Virus record (IMG/VR): IMGVR_UViG_3300009601_000004
Coordinates: 1 to 64,000 of that record
DNA from: a virus
Direction: 5' to 3' (one strand)
DNA: 64,000 nucleotides
In this document: piece after piece, positions 37,190 through 46,646 of the stretch
Position numbering within the stretch: position 1 is the stretch's first letter
How the letters are laid out: each line of letters opens with the position of its first letter
Notes under the pieces: generated by a model
The model's input: the letters and a program-made list of their open reading frames with translations, nothing else
Told to the model about the DNA's origin: nothing
The model's database searches: none
Position numbers and translations under genes: made by a program

Positions 37190-37444
37190 ATGCGCCGGAG
37201 TAGGCGCCACTGGGTAAAGCTGGCATCGTTTCTGTACGAGCGCCACGATGGGCTGCGGGTGCATATCGGTGGATTTATCCGTGCAGCTGACAGGACACAC
37301 CTGTGGTCGGTTTACCGGCTCGATGACTTGATGCTCCCGGCGTGGAAAGCTGCGAAGGCGCGAGAGCCTAAGAGCCGCCGCGCATTGCTTCGCCTTGCGG
37401 ATGACCTGTGGCCTGCGCCTGTGGAAGAGCCGAAACATGCCTAG
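37190..37444 (+). CDS. Hypothetical protein
   Basis: GAGG RBS; position in operon. Confidence 0.5.
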   Translation: MRRSRRHWVKLASFLYERHDGLRVHIGGFIRAADRTHLWSVYRLDDLMLPAWKAAKAREPKSRRALLRLADDLWPAPVEEPKHA

Positions 37445-37961
37445 TTGGCCCAAGGAAAAGCTAGACAAGTGGGTGACTGTTTACACGGACGCAGGGTTTC
37501 ACGAAGGGAGGGCTCGTGTTGCGTACTTGGCGCGCACGAGCCTGACACCTAGATGGTTCGACAATGCTCGTGACTGCCAATGCACCGACGTGCAAGCGGC
37601 TGAAACTATCGCCATATGGTTCGCGCTCAACGAAGTACACCGGGTGTTCCCTGACCCCGCGACCATCGAAGGGCTGTTCGTGCGTACGGACAACAAGTGG
37701 GTCGCAGAGCTTGTGGGTGCCAAGACAAAGTCCCAGCGTAAGCATTACCTTCGGCGAGCTTTGAAGGGCCAGCTTCAAACCGATCTGCACACCGCGCTGA
37801 AAGGCGTGTTCAATGCTGCTGACCACTACGGGTACGAACTGCGGGTAAAGCATGTGTTCGCGCACGGGAGAGCTAACGACCCGACAGCGCGGTGGATGAA
37901 TGACCAGGCCGACAGGTTGGCAAATTTACGATCGAAGGAGCGACAAAATGCCGCTAACTAA
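37437..37961 (+). CDS. RNase HI-like protein
   Basis: VYTDAG, AAETIAI, VRTDN, KHVFAH, NDQADRLA give the DEDD set. Confidence 0.8.
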   Translation: MPSWPKEKLDKWVTVYTDAGFHEGRARVAYLARTSLTPRWFDNARDCQCTDVQAAETIAIWFALNEVHRVFPDPATIEGLFVRTDNKWVAELVGAKTKSQRKHYLRRALKGQLQTDLHTALKGVFNAADHYGYELRVKHVFAHGRANDPTARWMNDQADRLANLRSKERQNAAN

Positions 37962-38186
37962 GTGCTGGCCTCTACAGTTGGCTTGGCTTCTACCTCTTCG
38001 GCCCGCAGACCCGTGGGGCTTGCGGCAAACGTCCGTCGCGCTTAGCCGTGCCATGCTTGCAGCAAACCCCGAGTGGTACCGCCTGTTCGGTCTACCCAAA
38101 GGATGGACAAAGCATGTGCCGCAGTCTACCTATGAGGAGCTACTGAGCCTGGCAGCGAGACGGCCCTAGCTCCACAGGGACGGTAG

Positions 38187-38378
38187 CTAGGCCCAGTAGC
38201 CAGCATCACGGTGGCGGTTCATCGCTAGTTGCGCTGCGAGTATACGCTTGCCGTCTTTGCTGCGTTTGGCTTCGAGCAACGCGCGGTAGAGAATGCGGCG
38301 CTTAGCAAGGTACTCCGCGTGGAACTTCAGGTATTTCGGGTCAGCGCTGCCATACTTCTTGCTCACGTTTCGCTCCAA
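38187..38378 (-). CDS. Small basic protein
   Basis: Downstream of polA on the same strand. Confidence 0.45.
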   Translation of the reverse strand: MERNVSKKYGSADPKYLKFHAEYLAKRRILYRALLEAKRSKDGKRILAAQLAMNRHRDAGYWA

Positions 38379-41300
38379 CGGGATTGACCCATACCTAGCG
38401 GGTCATCTTCGCGGAGGGCCATCCCTGGATCAGCCGTGAAGTTGACACCGGGGTATGCCTCGTTGGTGACGTTCATCCGCTCGATGAGCAGGTCGTAGAT
38501 GCGCTTCGCGTCGTGCTCTGGGCACTCGACGGTGATGGAGTCGTGGCACTGGTTGATGATGCCGGTGCCGGGACCGGCGTACCCAAACGGAATGCGCGGT
38601 ACGAGGTCGGCCATGATCTTGTTCATCAGGCCCGCGCCACTCGCTTGGATGGGGAAGTTCACGAACTCATTCAGCTTCGAGGCGCGTTGGCCTGTGAAAT
38701 CGCGACGGCGCCAGGTGACCGGCTCGTAGATGCAACCGTGCGCCTTGACCAAAGCCAGCTCGCGGAGCCAACCGTCAATGAACTCCGGGCACCCCTTGAG
38801 CCAGTTTTCGTGCATGGCGCCGACCTCCATCTCCGTGAGGTCGGGGAAGAGGAGTACACCGCGCTTCTTGTCTTCGGCGGATGTGACCAAGCGGAACACC
38901 GTGTGGGTGTCCACGACCTCGACAGAGCCACCGCGGACGGCACAACCAGCTGCGTACTGCGAGGCGTATTGAATGGCCTTAGCGAGTTTGCGCATCTTCT
39001 CGAACTCGCCACCCCGCGCGAAGTCCTTGCGGCCAAACACGGAAGGTGCGCCGCCGAAGTTCATCATGCGAACCCGGCCGAAGACGGCTTCCATGGTCAT
39101 CTGGTGCGGGTCAATGCCCTTCTCAAAGGCTTCAAGGTACCGGGCAGCTCCCCAGCGGGCGGCGGCGATGCGCAGCTCCAGCTGGTCCATGTCGGCGCCT
39201 ACGAGCAGGTTGCCGGGTGCCGCGATGATCATGCCCTTGGCGAGTGCCGGCAAGTTCTGGACGTTAGGCCCGCTACTGCTGTACCGCCCGGTCACTGGGG
39301 TATGGTTGTTCCAATTCGCGTGGAGACGGCCATCTACCCAGGTGCGGCAGGCTTTATCCAGCGCAAGGTCGCCGGTTGGGGGGCGGAAAGGCCGGACGTA
39401 CGTGCCCCACATCTTCGCGTGGCGACGCACCATGCGGATGGAGTGGATGAACTTGCGCTGTAGGTCGGTGAGGTTTGGGTCAACCATGAGCTGACGCAAC
39501 ACGCTGTCCCCGGTGCTGATCTCACCGCTGCTCGTGTACAGCTCTTTGTTCTTCAGCTTCGTAGGGATGGGTAGTTCCCACTCATCGAATAGAACGGCGC
39601 GCAGCTGGGGGTGTGACAGGGGGTTGAAGGCTAGCGTGTCGAGACCCAGCTCTGACGCATTCGGCAGGAATCCAGCATCCCCGAACTCGTCTTTGGCGTC
39701 AGCGTCTGCCTCTTCTCGCTCATCAAGGGATGCTTCTAGCTGCCACTCGCTGTTTGCCTTGTCCGCTTTCTTGGAGCGCTTGACGATGTCCGTCACGTCC
39801 ACGCCACCGGCCTGGAGCACTTGACGAAGACGCAGGGTCCACTGCGGCACCGCACCACGCGGCAACGTGACCATGCCCTGCGACCCGTCAGCGTTCCGTT
39901 TGCCATTCCGTATGGTGATCTTGCCGGGAGACGCGAGCAATAGGTCAAGGCGCTCCCGCTCGTCTTGGTCGACCTGCATCCCTTGGTAGTGCATCCCTAC
40001 GCAGGCGCTCTGCATGACATGGTCCAGCGTCAGCACGCCGGTTTGCTGGCGCTCCTTGAGCACCTCGTACATGCGTGGGACGGTGTCACCGGGCACAACA
40101 TTGTCCCAGATGCAGTAGCGCCACAGCGTCTCATCCGTCCGAGCGTGTACTGCGGTGTGGTTGCCCTTCCAATCGTGGATGTCTGTCCACACACTGCCGA
40201 CGGTGCCGAGGTCGTTAGGTATCTCTGGCTGTACAGAGCGCTTTACTTGGATGCCATCAAGGTGGGGCGAAGGGCTCCACCCTGACCTACACTCGGTCAC
40301 GATTCGGTCGTATTGCCCGCTGTTCCAGCCTACTTTGAGTATTCCGGCGTCGGTTCCCCAGTGCTTCAGTATGCGGTCGCGCTCCGCTTGCTCGTGGGCG
40401 TCGTACAGGGGTAGCCGTGTACCATCGTCCATGGTGTACCAGTCTTCGTAGAACCCCGGCGGGTTGCTCTGAACATCGGCGATGGCTGCGCGTATGGCTT
40501 CGGACTGCACAGCGCCCTGCGACTCGTACACTTGGCGGAGCCGCACAGCCGCCTGCTGGCGCGCTTCCGTCTCGCGGCGCCACTGTACCGGGTCGTAGGG
40601 CACGATGACGCCCCATGTGGTCGTACCGATGCCAAGGCACCGCCGACGCGCAGTCATGGCACGAATGCCGTCAGTCTCCCAGTCCCAGAAGTGCGTCTTC
40701 GTGCCTAGCCAATCCAGGGGTAAGTAGTCTGGGTGGTCTCGCTGGATGAGCAGACGTTCCATATCGGCGACGCCGGGACGGTAGATCATCTTGGTGTCGA
40801 ACACACGCAGTTCACCGCGCCACCACCGCCAAGCCCGGTCGAGGTCCGCCATGAACACCTCATCCCACTGGCTTTCGCGCAAGACGAAACCAGGGCTCAG
40901 CATGGGCAGGATCTGTCGACCTGGGACGCGAGAGGGGTCGAGACCTTCGGCCTTCAGGCGTTCGGGGTAGTCAAAGAACGGTCGAGGGTCCACGGCGGAC
41001 AATGGCAGCTCGACTAGGCGGCCACGAGCGTTGCCAATGCCCCCACGTAGGCCAGGGACGATGGCGCGGGCGGACACCGGACCAAACGGAATGACGTGCA
41101 GAAACGGCGCAATCTCCCGATGCATCCGGGGGGCGCAACACTCGGTCGGCGTTGGGATTGGTTGCTTGCCAGCGCTGGCGCGCTTTTTGTTGCGACGGCG
41201 CAGCTTGCTTTCATACGCGGTCACGTCGCCGCCGGGGGACATGCACGCCACCGTAGATGTCGTTGATAGGTGATGGCGAGACGTGCCCAGCCGAACGAGT

Positions 41301-41521
41301 GCATCGTCTAGGTAGCCACCAGTACGCCCAGCAAAAGGCCGGTCGGCTAACAGCTCGGACTTGCCTGGTTCCTGTGCGACTCCGACGCGGTCAGTCCCCG
41401 GAATGATCTCGGAACCACAGGGCCCATGGCCTTCGGTGCGCAGTGGGCAGATGTCGCAGCGAGCGCCTAGTGCCTGCATGTCTTCGTAGGAGGTGTGGCC
41501 GGCTGGCCTGTCTATCACCAT
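38363..41521 (-). CDS. polA: Family A DNA polymerase with N-terminal family-4 UDG-like domain and 3'-5' exonuclease
   Basis: UDG-like CDICPL...EPG..E...PFAGRTG; exonuclease DWETD, NSGQYD, YCIWD; polymerase TGRYSSS, ADMDQLELR, RKLAKAIQY, HDS. Confidence 0.92.
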   Translation of the reverse strand: MVIDRPAGHTSYEDMQALGARCDICPLRTEGHGPCGSEIIPGTDRVGVAQEPGKSELLADRPFAGRTGGYLDDALVRLGTSRHHLSTTSTVACMSPGGDVTAYESKLRRRNKKRASAGKQPIPTPTECCAPRMHREIAPFLHVIPFGPVSARAIVPGLRGGIGNARGRLVELPLSAVDPRPFFDYPERLKAEGLDPSRVPGRQILPMLSPGFVLRESQWDEVFMADLDRAWRWWRGELRVFDTKMIYRPGVADMERLLIQRDHPDYLPLDWLGTKTHFWDWETDGIRAMTARRRCLGIGTTTWGVIVPYDPVQWRRETEARQQAAVRLRQVYESQGAVQSEAIRAAIADVQSNPPGFYEDWYTMDDGTRLPLYDAHEQAERDRILKHWGTDAGILKVGWNSGQYDRIVTECRSGWSPSPHLDGIQVKRSVQPEIPNDLGTVGSVWTDIHDWKGNHTAVHARTDETLWRYCIWDNVVPGDTVPRMYEVLKERQQTGVLTLDHVMQSACVGMHYQGMQVDQDERERLDLLLASPGKITIRNGKRNADGSQGMVTLPRGAVPQWTLRLRQVLQAGGVDVTDIVKRSKKADKANSEWQLEASLDEREEADADAKDEFGDAGFLPNASELGLDTLAFNPLSHPQLRAVLFDEWELPIPTKLKNKELYTSSGEISTGDSVLRQLMVDPNLTDLQRKFIHSIRMVRRHAKMWGTYVRPFRPPTGDLALDKACRTWVDGRLHANWNNHTPVTGRYSSSGPNVQNLPALAKGMIIAAPGNLLVGADMDQLELRIAAARWGAARYLEAFEKGIDPHQMTMEAVFGRVRMMNFGGAPSVFGRKDFARGGEFEKMRKLAKAIQYASQYAAGCAVRGGSVEVVDTHTVFRLVTSAEDKKRGVLLFPDLTEMEVGAMHENWLKGCPEFIDGWLRELALVKAHGCIYEPVTWRRRDFTGQRASKLNEFVNFPIQASGAGLMNKIMADLVPRIPFGYAGPGTGIINQCHDSITVECPEHDAKRIYDLLIERMNVTNEAYPGVNFTADPGMALREDDPLGMGQSRWSET

Positions 41522-41800
41522 GTCGCGTAACTCCAGCCTACCCAGCTATGAGTTATACGGGGCCTTGGCACAGGGGTACCCCAGGGCATGAGCAGGGGTA
41601 CAGCCCAGTCAGACCAGCAGGGTACTAGAATACCCAACGCAGACGTCCCCCAAGCAAAGGCGGTCGGGTGGGGTGCGGGTGGGACAGGTACCCACGTCTT
41701 TGGGACAGTCCACAACATCGAGCACTCCTAGTGATGAGGGGGCACGCCACAAAGGTCCGGTCCATACTAAACGCAAGAGAGTACCCTCTCAGTAGAGAAA

Positions 41801-41829
41801 CCCGCTGCCTGATGTGGTCAGACAGCGGG
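41801..41829 (-). terminator. Possible terminator after the SSB-like gene
   Basis: Hairpin CCCGCTGCCTGA/TCAGACAGCGGG followed by TTTCTCT on the minus strand. Confidence 0.55.
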
Positions 41830-41869
41830 CGGGTTGTAGGCCCTCCGTGGGGACCAAGGGCCTACGAGA

Positions 41870-42748
41870 CTAGGCTACGCCGGGAGGTCCAAAGCCTGCG
41901 GGTGCGCTAGGTGCCGACGGGCCACCGGGAGGGGTCAGCCCGTTGGTACGGGCTGCGGGGGCTGCGGGACCGGCGGGTGCTGCGGGACCGGCGGGTGCTG
42001 CGGGGGGTCCAGCCGGTGCGGTTGCGACTGCGCCACCGGGACGGGGTCCACCAACGGCCGGGGGGCCAGCAGGGGGAGCGCCAGCAGGCGGCAACATTCC
42101 AGCGGCGGCGGTCGGTGCCAGCGCGGCGCCTCCGGTCATCTTCGCCATCTTGGTGTCATAGCCCCAGCTGATGTTCTTGCCGCTGGTTGCAATCTTGTTG
42201 AACTGCTCACGGGCCTTCTCGATGCCACCGTCAGGGCCACCCGTCAAGATGGTGACGAGGGGGAAGCCGTTGTCTCCCGACTTCGGATCCTTGTAGCCCT
42301 TGGGGGGCGGGTCGAAGGTAACGAACAGCGTCTGGCCCAGGAACCAGTCGACATCGAACTGAAAATTGTCATCAAGGCTGGTCAGGAAGGCTTCCAAGGT
42401 CTTGCCCGCCGCCGCCGCGTGGTCGCCGTAGACGCCAAGGGCCAACAGGCCGCCCTTCAGCTCACGTTCACGGTACTTGTCGGCTTCAGTGTTCTTGCCG
42501 TCGGGAAAGCTCACGGTGGTGCGGATGTTTTCACCAACACCGGCTTTGGATGCCAGCCATGAGCCGTCTTCCTGCGGCGTGAAGCAAGTAACGGCCTCAC
42601 CTTCGATCTTGTCGTACTCGTACCCGGTCCCGCTCGTTTCCGAGGAGGTGGCAGTCACCAAGATTTGGTAGATGCCGCGCAAAGGGTAGCCTGAGCTGAC
42701 GCCTTGTGGGCGCTCGCCTTGGAGGTTTTGAACTGTGCGTAATGCCAT
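41870..42748 (-). CDS. Putative ssDNA-binding protein with Pro/Ala/Gly tail
   Basis: Position between the Sak4-like ATPase and PolA; beta-rich core; GPAAPA repeats (18-bp tandem repeat at 41961-41996). Confidence 0.55.
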   Translation of the reverse strand: MALRTVQNLQGERPQGVSSGYPLRGIYQILVTATSSETSGTGYEYDKIEGEAVTCFTPQEDGSWLASKAGVGENIRTTVSFPDGKNTEADKYRERELKGGLLALGVYGDHAAAAGKTLEAFLTSLDDNFQFDVDWFLGQTLFVTFDPPPKGYKDPKSGDNGFPLVTILTGGPDGGIEKAREQFNKIATSGKNISWGYDTKMAKMTGGAALAPTAAAGMLPPAGAPPAGPPAVGGPRPGGAVATAPAGPPAAPAGPAAPAGPAAPAARTNGLTPPGGPSAPSAPAGFGPPGVA

Positions 42749-42831
42749 GGGTCTTCTCGCTGTTGTCCGCTGTGAATGAATAGAGCCGGTTGGCGCGGAC
42801 AGAACCGCCGGCACTTCTGCAGAATCAAAAA

Positions 42832-43038
42832 TTAAAGGATGACCAACGTGCTAGTGTCGCCATTAGTGGCCATGGTGTAAAGCGTCCCATCAGAGGTCAG
42901 GGCAAAGTCTAGCAAGCGTAGTGCCCGACGTATGGTTTCAGTGCGGGAGGCGGCGCTTAGTGAGGTTTGGCAACTTTCGAGCATCTTTATGGTTGTGCTG
43001 TCCATATCGAGTTGGACGCGTGTTTTTCCCTTTCCCAT
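42832..43038 (-). CDS. Ribbon-helix-helix (CopG-like) regulator
   Basis: RVQLDM...SRTETIRRALRLL. Confidence 0.75.
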   Translation of the reverse strand: MGKGKTRVQLDMDSTTIKMLESCQTSLSAASRTETIRRALRLLDFALTSDGTLYTMATNGDTSTLVIL

Positions 43039-44237
43039 CAGATGAGACCTCGGAGTGCGTTGGTTTGGCGACCAGCGCGAAGACGGCCACGGTGGATGCC
43101 GTCAACTGTGGCCCACCTGACGTGAGTGTAGTGATGGCCTTGGCGTAGCAGGTACTCCGCCCAAGGCTTCGCGGCGTCGCGTTCGGGCGTGCCGTTGACG
43201 ATGATAGCCTGCGCGATGTTTTCGGCTACCTCTTCCATCCACTCTAGGCCGCTGGGGCGCGGGACATGGTAGTTGTAGCCGTGGACGCGTGCCGCTTCCC
43301 GGATGATCTCCGCCGTGTTGAGGGGGCCGTCAAACTCGGGAACAATGTCGAACCGATCACCTGTCGCGACACCAGGGTTGCCACGCTCAGCGTTGCAACG
43401 GAAGTCCCAGGGTGGGCTTGCTTGCGCCGTTTCTCCTGGCCGTAGCACCGCTGTGGGTTGTGGGCGGCCCGTGGCGTACAGGCATATGTCGGCTTCGCAG
43501 GGCAGCACGCTGACCAGCTTGCCCCAGCTTAGGTCCGGTCCCAAGGGGTACGCACCGTCTTTGTCGTGATGGTAGGCCAGCTGGGCATGAGCAGTCAGAA
43601 CGCCGGGTATACCTGCCCAGCGCAGGGCCTTGCCTACTTCGGTGACCAGTGGGCGAAGAACGCCCCACATTGCGCGGTCAGTGCCTTTCTCTGTGCCATC
43701 AGGGCGGTACTGGGTGTAGCGCTTGCGGATGGCTGCAAAGCTGTTGGCCATGAGCAGGGTCGCATCGTCGACATACACCGACGTGAACCCGTTTTCACCT
43801 GCCCAGCGAATCCAAGCGGGAAGCTCCTCAAAGGTCGAGACGTGCTGGATCTGTTGACTCACGTCGATACCTAGAACGGTCTTCGCGGTAGTAGCACCGC
43901 CAGGTTGGGTGAGGATGAGGCCACCGCCGGCCACGAAGCGCAAAGCGTCCGTAGACTTGGAGGTGTTGGTTCCGCCAAACACCACGATGAAGGGCGGGTC
44001 GTCGAGCTTGCGGTCTGCACCGCGGCCCACGTAGAGGTTTGGTGCGTTGATGGCGGCGCGGAGGTCGGCATCGAGCTGCGGGGTCACCGGAGCCTTACCC
44101 ATCGCAGGGCCTGGAGCGATGACGGCCACCGTAGTGCCCGTCTGGGCTACGGCTACGGCTGGTACGGCGACTGCCGGCGCTGCGACTGCAGCGACGCCGG
44201 TAACACCGGGTCGAGGGTCTGTGGTCATGTGTGCCAT
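43038..44237 (-). CDS. AAA_24/Sak4-like P-loop ATPase
   Basis: VVFGGTNTSKST, VYVDD, VLTAH; replication-module context. Confidence 0.7.
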   Translation of the reverse strand: MAHMTTDPRPGVTGVAAVAAPAVAVPAVAVAQTGTTVAVIAPGPAMGKAPVTPQLDADLRAAINAPNLYVGRGADRKLDDPPFIVVFGGTNTSKSTDALRFVAGGGLILTQPGGATTAKTVLGIDVSQQIQHVSTFEELPAWIRWAGENGFTSVYVDDATLLMANSFAAIRKRYTQYRPDGTEKGTDRAMWGVLRPLVTEVGKALRWAGIPGVLTAHAQLAYHHDKDGAYPLGPDLSWGKLVSVLPCEADICLYATGRPQPTAVLRPGETAQASPPWDFRCNAERGNPGVATGDRFDIVPEFDGPLNTAEIIREAARVHGYNYHVPRPSGLEWMEEVAENIAQAIIVNGTPERDAAKPWAEYLLRQGHHYTHVRWATVDGIHRGRLRAGRQTNALRGLI

Positions 44238-44268
44238 CTCCGTGGGGGGTGAGTTTCGCCTGTCGAGG

Positions 44269-44298
44269 GTTGTACTGCAGAGGGTGCGGGTACGTCAA
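44269..44298 (-). promoter_or_regulatory. Putative promoter TTGACG-N18-TACAAC
   Basis: In the gap upstream of 44237. Confidence 0.45.
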
Positions 44299-44333
44299 GT
44301 ATTTACCTACACGATGGTGTAGGGATGCCGATC

Positions 44334-45425
44334 TTAATTCTTGAAAGGGCCTAGCAACGGCTGTACGCCGGCCGGGATTCCGTCAGGCCCATAGTCGCAA
44401 AGGTACGCGCCGGGGCAGGGCCCATAGCGGTGCTCACACACACCATTCTCGATCATCACTTTGGGGAAGCGATAAGGGTCCATGTCAGTGCTCACGAGCG
44501 CTTGCTCTTGCCACTCACCATAGCGAATGGTGTCGCCGAAGGTCTGCAGGCGCCAGGGCAGCACTGGAGGTGTCACACGCTCGAAGCTGAACGCATAGTC
44601 TCCTGCAGCCCCATCACGACGCTCTTTCGGGTCGTGTTTGAACGTCGCGTAGTTGGTCAGCACGCCGCCGAAGAACTGCCGGAAATGCTGCTCTCCGAGG
44701 AGCCGTAGCGCTTGGAACTGGCCTGACCTGGCGTAGCCTCGCTGCTGCCGAAGGTCGCGGCGTCCACGCGTCTTGTGGTCAGGTAGGTGGACGTAGCCCG
44801 TCCGGTCCCAGTAGCAGAGGTCTAAGCGCAATGTCATCATGTAGCGCGTGATGGCGGGGTCGATGCTCCACCCGTCCGTGGGGACAAACAGCCGCAGTTG
44901 TTGCTCGACTGCCAGAATCTCCCAGCGCTCGTACGCTTGGAAGTGTGCGGCGTAGGCATGGACAGCGGCTTTGGCCTCGTCAACGAAATCCGCCCACCAC
45001 GTAGTCTCGTCGACTTCGATCCAGGGCTTGTTGTCCTCCGCACGGGCTCCCAGCTCGATGGCACGCATGGGACTGTGAAAAACGTCTGGGTCTTCACCAC
45101 GCTGCTGGGCCATGACGCGCCGGTAGTAGTGCGCCAAACCCAAGTGGTACAAGGAGCCTCGAATCAGTGGAGGTGACCGTGGGTGTCGGACGTGTGCGAC
45201 ACGCGGGTCGTCTTTGAGCTTCGGGTGGTACAGGTAGGCCCACAGCTGGGGGCAGCGCAGCATGGTGGACAGACGGTGCCAACCTCGTTCGGACTGGCCA
45301 GCATCCATGAGGAGCTGACCCTCGACCATTACGAAGTCGGTAAGGTCTTCGGCTGGCATCAGCTCGCGTGCCATGTCGGCAGACAAGAAACCAATGCTGT
45401 CGAGGTGTTCGGGGCGGAGGGACAT
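44334..45425 (-). CDS. PD-(D/E)XK nuclease (Cas4/RecB-like)
   Basis: RCP, RGSLYH, VEQ, RLDL, DHKT, Q, and C-terminal Cys cluster. Confidence 0.85.
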   Translation of the reverse strand: MSLRPEHLDSIGFLSADMARELMPAEDLTDFVMVEGQLLMDAGQSERGWHRLSTMLRCPQLWAYLYHPKLKDDPRVAHVRHPRSPPLIRGSLYHLGLAHYYRRVMAQQRGEDPDVFHSPMRAIELGARAEDNKPWIEVDETTWWADFVDEAKAAVHAYAAHFQAYERWEILAVEQQLRLFVPTDGWSIDPAITRYMMTLRLDLCYWDRTGYVHLPDHKTRGRRDLRQQRGYARSGQFQALRLLGEQHFRQFFGGVLTNYATFKHDPKERRDGAAGDYAFSFERVTPPVLPWRLQTFGDTIRYGEWQEQALVSTDMDPYRFPKVMIENGVCEHRYGPCPGAYLCDYGPDGIPAGVQPLLGPFKN

Positions 45426-45487
45426 GCCAAAATCTCCAAAGGTGGGCGGCTAGGGTGTACCGTGCAGGTGAGCCAAAAAGTGTCCGC

Positions 45488-45979
45488 CTACTCGGTGTCT
45501 GGAATAAAGCCGACGGGAGCGCTTACTTTGAGCTTACGGTCTGCCGCTCCGCGCTCACCGGCAGGGGTCAGCACGAGGCCGTCCCAGGGGTGCAGAATGC
45601 GCTGTGTGCGAAGGAGCTTGAGTAGGTCGGTCGCTGCGTGGGCGCGCTGGCCTTGACCTAGCAGCCAGTCTATGACCTTGTTCTGGGGTTGGCCTGCGGT
45701 GCGTGAGACATGCGCGAGCAGCCGACGGGTGATGCTACCAGGCTGTCCGGTGTACTCCACACGCTTGCGCCAGTCGGCACGTACGAGGACAACAGCCGGC
45801 TTTGCGGGCCACAGCCAACCGCGAGACCGCAGAGAGGCTGCGGCTTCCCGCAGGGTGCTGTACTCGCGGCCTGTCATCTTGCTGAGACGCTTGCCGGGGC
45901 GGCGTGCGGCTGCACGCAGCACAAGCAACTCTGTAGGTGTCAGGGCAACCTCAAGCTCTGCGGCAGGCACGGCGTTCAC
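45488..45979 (-). CDS. Putative winged-helix protein
   Basis: LTPTELLVL...SLRSRGWL...LVLTPAG. Confidence 0.55.
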   Translation of the reverse strand: MNAVPAAELEVALTPTELLVLRAAARRPGKRLSKMTGREYSTLREAAASLRSRGWLWPAKPAVVLVRADWRKRVEYTGQPGSITRRLLAHVSRTAGQPQNKVIDWLLGQGQRAHAATDLLKLLRTQRILHPWDGLVLTPAGERGAADRKLKVSAPVGFIPDTE

Positions 45980-46326
45980 TGGCCGCCCGCTGCGGCAAGC
46001 AGGTCATCCATGTCCATGTTTTCGTTGGCTTGGATGTGCAACCAAGCGCTAGTCTGGCGACCCTCACACTGATTGCGGTTTTCCGCAGCGCTAATCTGCT
46101 GACGCCAGCGGAAGGAGGTCCGACGCTCCTTGCGGTTGTGGCCCTGGCGGTCTGTGCAACGGTAGAAGGTGCGCAGGCCAGCATCACGGAAGTTCGCGAC
46201 GCCGACAAAGCCAACGTGTGCAAGGTCTTCTGGCCACTCTTGTCCGTCACGGATCAGGAAGTAGCTGCCGTAGTCGGCTTCACAAGGCGGCGCGAGGTCG
46301 TCCCTTGCGGTGGTCTTTGTGCTCAT
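45976..46326 (-). CDS. Hypothetical protein
   Basis: Coupled at both ends. Confidence 0.6.
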   Translation of the reverse strand: MSTKTTARDDLAPPCEADYGSYFLIRDGQEWPEDLAHVGFVGVANFRDAGLRTFYRCTDRQGHNRKERRTSFRWRQQISAAENRNQCEGRQTSAWLHIQANENMDMDDLLAAAGGQ

Positions 46327-46646
46327 AGTAACTCTCCAGTGTCTACACGATCGTGTCGGGAGCGTTGTAGTCCGAAAGGGGTGTTGTGGTCAAGTCTCTC
46401 GATCTCTTCGATCGCAGCCACCCACAGCAAAAGATCGAGGATGCCCCGTACTCTGTGAGGCACAGTCCAGATGACGACCCGTGAGTAACTGAGAGTTTCA
46501 AACCTAATTTCCCACAAGTCGAGCAGCCGGTTGTGCGCAGAAAAGCGCGTGAAAGCTGTAGGTGCCAATACAGCGTCCGGTAGCAGCCTCTGAAGTAGTT
46601 GCAGCACCGCAGTGGGTACGTCCGCTACGGTGGCGGTCCACTTCAT
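46323..46646 (-). CDS. Hypothetical protein
   Basis: ATGA coupling. Confidence 0.6.
   Translation of the reverse strand: MKWTATVADVPTAVLQLLQRLLPDAVLAPTAFTRFSAHNRLLDLWEIRFETLSYSRVVIWTVPHRVRGILDLLLWVAAIEEIERLDHNTPFGLQRSRHDRVDTGELL

Noticed and set aside
44334-45425. CRISPR-associated Cas4
   Set aside because: No array or other cas genes; typical phage replication-module nuclease.
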